DNA of 63,699 bases, counting the filler. It is 6 parts of 6 records of this genome, joined end to end, with 100 filler letters (N's around TTAATTAATTAA, not from the genome) between each part and the next. Parts side by side here need not be neighbours in the genome. Positions count along the whole stretch, not along the records: positions 57,609 to 63,699 come from DRR723986_6188; 5 more parts are not named here. The stretch is one strand, 5' to 3'. The translations under genes were made by a program, and so were the position numbers. The notes beneath the pieces are model-generated. The model was given only the letters and a program-made list of their open reading frames with translations. It was not told where the DNA came from and searched no databases. Below, in pieces: positions 57,633-63,699 of the stretch. Within the stretch, counting starts at the first letter, position 1, and each line of letters begins with the position of its first letter.

Positions 57633-60600
57633 AGCGACGAGCTGCCCGTGGACCGGTACACGGTGGAGGCGCAGGAGGTGGGCGAGGCGGGCAGGATGGC
57701 GCTCGTGTACGACGGCCCGCCCGCCGACGCCGAGCTCACAGACCTCGAGCCCGGCTCCCGGCTCCGCATCCGCGTCATCGCCATCGCGTACACCACGCAG
57801 GTGGTTGGGGAGGACGAGGGGCCGGCTCAGGGCAGCCGGCTGCGCGCGCGAACGTCCTCGCAGACGTTTGTGGTGCACATGGACGAGGGCTTCCCCGAGC
57901 CCGACGACCGCACCGACCCGTTCATCCTCGGCACCCTGGGCGGCTCGGTGCGGCTGGCCCTGCCCGCCACCCTGGCTTCCGGCCACAAGGTGCGCGGGTA
58001 CGTCGTCAGGCGCAGCTCGCCCTCGGCGGGTGAGGCGCAGGACGACGACGAGGGGGAGAACAGGACCGCGCTCCAGGCCTCGGTTATCGCCGTGCACGAG
58101 CTGGGCAACGCCAACAACCGCAACCGCAACAACAACAACAACAACGGGGTGGCGGTCGCGGCGATGGCGTTCCTCGAGACGGGCTCGGAGACGCGGGAGC
58201 GCGTGTACGCGGGGCGTCCCGGCTTCGTTGACCTGGACACCACGGGCGCGCTGGCGCAGCCCGGCGCGGTGCTCCGCGTGAGCGCGCTGCTGGAAGGGGG
58301 CGACGACCAGCCCGTGGAGGTGGCCAGCGCCGTGGACCCTGCCCCTGTCCTGGCCGAGCCAAGGTTCTTGCACCCCTCCGTGGAAGTGCTCAACAGCACG
58401 CACTCTTCGGTCGCGCTCCGCCTGACCCTTGCCAACCACCCGCGCACGTCGTCGGCCCTGCCGCTGTCGTGGACGGTCGAGCACGCCGTCGGGGCGGGGG
58501 CAAGGTTCGTGCGCGCCTTCCTGGGCGACGCGGTGGCGCGCAAGCCCGTGGACGTGGTGCTTGGCGCGCTGCCCGCCGACAGTCCGCTCCGGGTGCGCGT
58601 GACCGTGGCCCAGGGCGACGCGGCCCGCACCGTGGTCGAGTTCGGGGCCAAGACACTCCCCACCGTGGCAGTGCCGGCCGGTGCCCGTGGCGTTCCGGCG
58701 GTCGTGGGGGTTGCTGGGCCAACGTCGGTGCTACTCTCCCTGCCCAAGCGCGATGCCAAGGGACTGCCGGTGCGCGAGTACGTCGTCGTGCGCGACCTCG
58801 CAAGGGCGGGAGAAGTGGAAGGCGAAGAAGTGGAAGCGGGAGAAGAAGAAGAAGGAAAGGACGGGAAGGGCGACGGCCGCACGGCGGTGCTCTTCCGTGG
58901 ACCGCCCCCGGAGGACGGCACGTTCGCGGTGACCAACCTCGCGCCGCGCTCGTCGGTGGCCTTGAGGGTCATCGCCGACGACCGCACGACCACCCGCGTT
59001 GAGGCGACGACCGCAGGCAAGACCGTCTTTGCCGCAGTGCCCTTGCTCGTGTCGGACAAGACCGACGGTTCCGTGACCGTGTCGGTGCCCAAGGTCGACC
59101 GCGCCAACAAGCCCGTGTCGCGCTGCGCGCTGTTCGTGAGCGGGGGCGCTGGAGTGGAGACGGGTGCCGAGTGGAGGCGCTTGGACGACGTGGCGCCGGG
59201 CACGTCTGCGGTGGTCCAGCTCGACCAGCAGCAAGTGGTCCGCGCCTCGCTGTCTGCGGGCGGCGGTGGCAACGACCCTGCTTCTGCCGTGAGCGTGGAG
59301 ATGAGCCTGCGAACCGCGCCGCTGCTTCCCCTCGTGATCGCCGGTGAGCCGCGCTTCGTTGGCAACATCGGGGCCGTGGCCAGGCTCGCGCTGCCCGCAT
59401 CGCTCGCGGACGGTCGCTCCGTCCACCGCTACCTCGTGGACAGCGTCGTTGTTGCGGACCAGGGCAGCAGCAGCAGCAGCAGCGCCGGCGGCGGCGACGG
59501 CGGTGGCGGGCGTGATCACGACGCGCTGTCGCGCAGCGTTGCGGCGGTGCAGGCGACGGCGGGCAGCGCGCACGGCAGCACCGCGTCGACCCAAACCCTG
59601 GCCCCTGGGGCGCTGTTGTACCGAGGACGCCCGACCACGTTCCGCATGAGCGAGCTCGACGCAGAGGCGACGGTCAGCCTGTCGGTGGTCGCCAAGCCGC
59701 GCGATGCCGGCACGCCCGAGCAAACGTTCGAGCTCGTGCGTCGCCCCGGCGAGTTCAGCGCCGAGGGCAAGGCCGCGACGCAGCGTGTGGAAATGGCCGC
59801 TGCCGTGGTGGACCTGACCGCCGCGTCACTGGTGCTGCACGTCTCGGCCCCTCCCGCCGACGTGAGCTACTCTGCGGCGTGGTGCGAGGTGGACCGCTGC
59901 GAGACGCGCGGTGCCGCGCTCGCGGAGGCCATGTGCAAGGGCAAGGGCATGCGCCCCGCACCCTCCGCCCAGGACACGCGCGACACGCGCCTCGTCGTGG
60001 GCGGTCTCCCCGCGGGCAGCAACGTGCTCGTCCGGGTGGACGGCCGTCGCGTGCAGGGCGCCTTCGCGCACGAGGTGGCGTCGTCCATCCTGCTCTGCGC
60101 GACCACCGACGACGCGGACGCGGACTTTGCCGCGCCGTCGGCGAGGGTGTCCGGCCCCTCCTCGGTGCGCTTCGCGCTCCCAGAGCACGCCGCGTCGCAG
60201 GCCAAGGTGGCGAGCTACGAGGTGTACGACGCGACCACGGAGGAGCTCGTGTACCGCGGCAGCGCGGGGACGTTCGTGGCGCACCCCGTCCCGGCCCCTC
60301 GGACCGCCGCGTTCACGGTCGTGGCCACCGACGTTGCGGGCGTGGTGCGGCTGCACGCCCTGCGCCCTGCGGGCAACCCCGTGGCGCAGCAGGAGGTGTT
60401 CAGCGTGCCCCACCTGCGGCTGACCGACGGGAGCGGGGGCTTGGTGCTGCGCGTGCCTTCCGAGGACGGGAGCGCCCGCCCCGTGCTGGGCTGCCTCGTG
60501 TGGATGTCGCTGCTCGGGCCCGCCGCCGAGGGCGTCCCGCCGCTGGTGGACGGCGAGCAGTTCGACGCAGGGCAGGACGTGATCGTGCCCGACCTCGCCG

Positions 60601-63600
60601 CCGGCACCACCGTGGCCACCAAGCTGCACTGCACGGTGCGCGTGGACGCCGCCACGACCGCCACGGCCGTCGCCCAGGCGGTACTGCACACCGACCCGGG
60701 GACCAGCCGCGCCAAGGCCCCGTTCATCGTGGACGACGACGGCGAGTCGGTGCGCATTGCGCTGCCGCCGGTGCTGTCGGACCGCGCGATCGCAGACTAC
60801 ACGGTCACGCACACGGCCACCAAGACGGACACCGCCGAGCGGGTGCTGTTGCCCGCGTCGGCCCCGGGCACGTTCCTGCTCAGGGCCGCCGACGCTGCGG
60901 GCGTGTCCCGCGTAGTGGTGACGGCCAGGGACGAGTCCGGCACCGAGCAGTCGGAGACGGTCAGCGTCGAGGTCGCCGGGCGGGCCCCGTCGGGGGCCGG
61001 GGACAACAACGCCGGCATCCCCCGCGTGCGCCTGTCCGTTCGCTCCCGCACCGAGTCGTCCGTCGTGCTGGGCACGCCCGTGCTGCTGAACAGTCGCGAG
61101 GAGCGGTTGGAGGTGGCGTCCGTGCGCGTGAGCTACCAGTCGTCCGAGCTTGGCCCCGGCGAACAGGCCACGTGGGTGGACAACAGCAACAACAACAACA
61201 ATGATGGCGATGACAGCGACGGCATGGACGCGCGCCTGACCATTGACGACCTGCAGCCGGCCACGCGGTACCGCGTGCGCGTGGAGGTGACGGGCAAGCG
61301 CGGCGAGTCCGCCAGCGTGTCGCTCGGGGTCATGACGGACGCGCTCGTGGAGGACGCTGCCCCGCCGCAGCTGCTGGGCACCGGCCCGCAGTCCGTGCGC
61401 CTGTTCCTGCCCGAGACCAGCGCCGAGGGCACCACCGTGAAGCGGTACCGTGTGTACCACGTCGGGGACGCCGTCTCGCGCAACACCAACGAGCACGGCG
61501 GCGACGACGACGACGAAAACGGAGAGGACGATGCCGACGACGACGACCTCCTTGCCGACGGCGACGAGGACGCGGACCCCGCCGCGTTGTCGCTGCACAG
61601 CATCGCGGGGCGGCCCAGGCAGCTGATGTTCGCGGGCGTGCCGGGGAGCGTGGAGCTCGAGGCGCTTGCCCCCGCGACGCACCACGCGTTCTTGGTGGTC
61701 AGCACCACGACCGACGACGCCGAGCACTCACACGTGCTCACGGCCACCACCGAGGCCGACGTTGCGCGGGGCCGAGCGGTCGGGGGCGTGCTCGCCCTCG
61801 TCAGCACGGCGGACGCGTTCGCGCTGTGGCTTCCCAGCGCGCACGAGGACTACGCCGTGGAGGTGTCGCCGTTCGCCAGCGCGGGCGCGGCGGCGTTCAG
61901 CAAGGCGTACGAGGGCAAGGGCCAGCACGTGGTCGTTGCGGAGGGCTTGGTGCAGGGCAGCAGGGAGTGCCTGGTGCGCGTGTCCAGCCGGCTGGGCGCG
62001 GCAACGACGTGGAACCGGGTGGAGCACTTTGCGTCGTTCCCCGTCCGCCTCGACCCCCCGCTCTCGGACGTGCTGCAGCCCTCGGCCGAGCTGCTGCAGA
62101 CGGGCGACCTCAAGCTCGTGCTCCCGCCCGTGCTCGGCGGCGCGTCCGCGGCGCGGCGTCGCGTGGTCTCGTACCGCGTGCGCGCCGACGCGTCCGGCGA
62201 CAGCGCGCTGCTGGACGCCGACTGCGACGACGCCGACCACGACCTGGACATTGGCGTGGGCAGCCCCGCGGCGCGCGGGCGCTTTGGCGCGCGCCCGGTG
62301 CTGTACTCGGGCCTGGCGGGCGTCGTGCAGGTGCCGCTGCAGCACGCCGAGCGCCCCACGCTCGTGCGCGTCACCCCCCAGCTCGAGGGCGGCGACGCGG
62401 GCGCGCCCAAGATCGTGGCCGTCACGCCCCCGCGCCGCGAGGCGTTCCTGCGCCCGCGCGTGCGGGTGGTCGGCGTGGGCGCGCGCACGGCGAGGCTCTC
62501 CCTCCCGCGGCACGACGTGCTCGGGCGAGGCGCGGCGCTGCGCTTCGACGTTGCCATGTCGCTCGACGACGACAAGGCTGGCGCCGTCGCGGGCCAGTGG
62601 GTGCAGGTGCTGCACGACGCCCATGGACAGGAGGTGGTCCTCCACGACTTGCCGGAGGACAGCACCGTGCGGGTGCGGGTGCGCGCCTCCCTCGCCAAGG
62701 ACGCGCCCATCGCGCCCAAGCTTCGCGCCGCCGAGCTGCTGCGCTCGGAGGTGGTGCTGCGCCTGCGCACGGGCGCGGGCGAGGTGGCGAGCGACCGCAA
62801 CCCGTACGTTGCGGGGGTGTCCCCCAACGCGGTGCGGTTCGCGCTCCCCGCCACCCTGGACCGGTCGCTCTGCGGAAACTGCTCGGAGGCGGTGCCCGCG
62901 ACGCGCTACCGCGTGTACCGCTGGGAGGCCGGCACGCCCGTCCTCGTGTTCGACTCGAACGCCGAGGCGAACCAAGGCGGCGCGATGGTGCCGGTGCGGC
63001 CGAGCATTTGGGAGTACGGCCTCGTGGAGGACGAGCGCAGGTACGAGTTCTCCGTGGACTGCGACCACCTCGTCCCGCCGCGCGGGAACGCCACCGACGC
63101 GCCGCCAAGGGCGGAGAAGCTGTCCCTGCCCCTGGTCGTCCCCAGCGGCTCGGCGCTCCCGTACGCCTTCCCCGAGGTCCGCGTGGTCGGGACCGAGCCC
63201 GGCTCGGTGCAGCTGCTCCTGCCGGGCGTCGTCCCCTCGCGCGACCAGCGCGTGCGCCGGTACGCCGTGGGCGTGGACCTGGCCGGGACGGGCGAGTTTT
63301 CTCCGGCGTGGAACGGGACTGTGCAGGGCGCGTCGCGCACCGTCCCGATCGCCGGCCTCGTCCCCGACAGCACCGTGCTGCTGCGCGTCGAGGCCGAGCT
63401 GGAGGCGGTCGAGCACTTGGGCATCCCGCCGTCCGAGGTCGCGTTCGTGCTCGCCGTGCAGACCGCGAGGGAGGAGCGGGAGCGCGGACCGGCCTTTGTG
63501 CTGCGCCGCACGCAGGCCCACGCCGACCTGTGGCTCCCTGCCGCCCTGCTCGACGGCACCCCCGTGCGCGGGTACCTCGTGGACGACGTCACGCCGTTTG

Positions 63601-63698
63601 GTGCCCTTCCCGACCTCCAGGACGCGCTCGCCGGGCTCCACCGCGGCGAGGGCAGGGATGGCGAGGGCAGGGATGGCGAGGGCGAGGGCGAGGGCGAG
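57609..63698 (+). CDS. Internal fragment (~2030 codons, open at both ends) of a giant fibronectin type III-like repeat protein, probably eukaryotic; absent from ORF track
   Basis: Frame starting GGC at 57609 has no stop by hand translation, and no listed + ORF uses this frame. Repeated units such as LTDLEPGSRLRIRV, LTIDDLQPATRYRVRVEV, LHDLPEDSTVRVRV, IAGLVPDSTVLLRV; strong G/C bias at codon position 3. Confidence 0.85.
58128..58145 (+). repeat. (AAC)6 coding microsatellite, poly-Asn
   Basis: Direct reading; a second poly-Asn run at 61188-61202 and an (AGC)n poly-Ser run near 59465-59483. Confidence 0.85.
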
Positions 63699-63699
63699 G
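63646..63699 (+). repeat. GGCGAG/GGCAGGGAT low-complexity repeat (GEGRDGEGRDGEGEGEGE) at the contig end
   Basis: Direct reading. Confidence 0.8.

Noticed and set aside
57561-63641. Long minus-strand ORFs in the GC-rich contig (e.g. 57827-59368, 59826-61727, 61728-63641)
   Set aside because: Antisense shadows of the stop-free + frame; Arg/Gly/Ser-rich with no domain pattern.
57609-63699. CRISPR array or DNA-level tandem array
   Set aside because: Only short coding microsatellites and protein-level repeats are present; there is no repeat-spacer structure or cas gene anywhere in the window.

Overview
This is not one locus. The window holds six unrelated contigs joined by 100-nt artificial spacers (N44-TTAATTAATTAA-N44) at 7242-7341, 13888-13987, 22238-22337, 48594-48693 and 57509-57608. 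Contigs 1, 2, 3 and 5 look Rhodobacteraceae/roseobacter-like (inferred from gene order and protein style). Contig 1 (1-7241): GlxA-family regulator, class II DAHP synthase, PAS protein with a CtrA box, yicC-gmk-gamma carbonic anhydrase, phoR, and pstS with a triple Pho box. Contig 2 (7342-13887): N-terminus of an aerobic-type reductive dehalogenase, LuxR-type regulator, SDR-cupin-DmpA operon and atpE/F'/F. Contig 3 (13988-22237): uronate dehydrogenase-like gene, DsbA/HCCA isomerase, fasciclin, a dipeptidase-unknown-DUF3726 operon, hrpB and meaB. Contig 4 (22338-48593) is betaproteobacterial (Limnobacter-like by my recognition only). It carries the best candidate for an undescribed system: a co-oriented cluster of DUF547, ATP-grasp ligase, YHS (seleno-family) lipoprotein, selenium-associated PhnCDE-like ABC transporter and egtD. 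It also has an ndvB-like glucan operon, an SCDase-like lipoprotein, tRNA-Lys and housekeeping genes. Contig 5 (48694-57508) is an accessory region after tRNA-Trp with a frameshifted K+ channel gene, an RND pair, a gltS relic and a MarR-divergent EF-hand/cytochrome b561/DUF1772/membrane-FNR module. Contig 6 (57609-63699) is very GC-rich and probably eukaryotic. It is one uninterrupted reading frame of about 2030 codons made of roughly 18 degenerate fibronectin-III-like repeats, which the ORF track missed. All family calls come from motif recognition by eye; no database searches were run.
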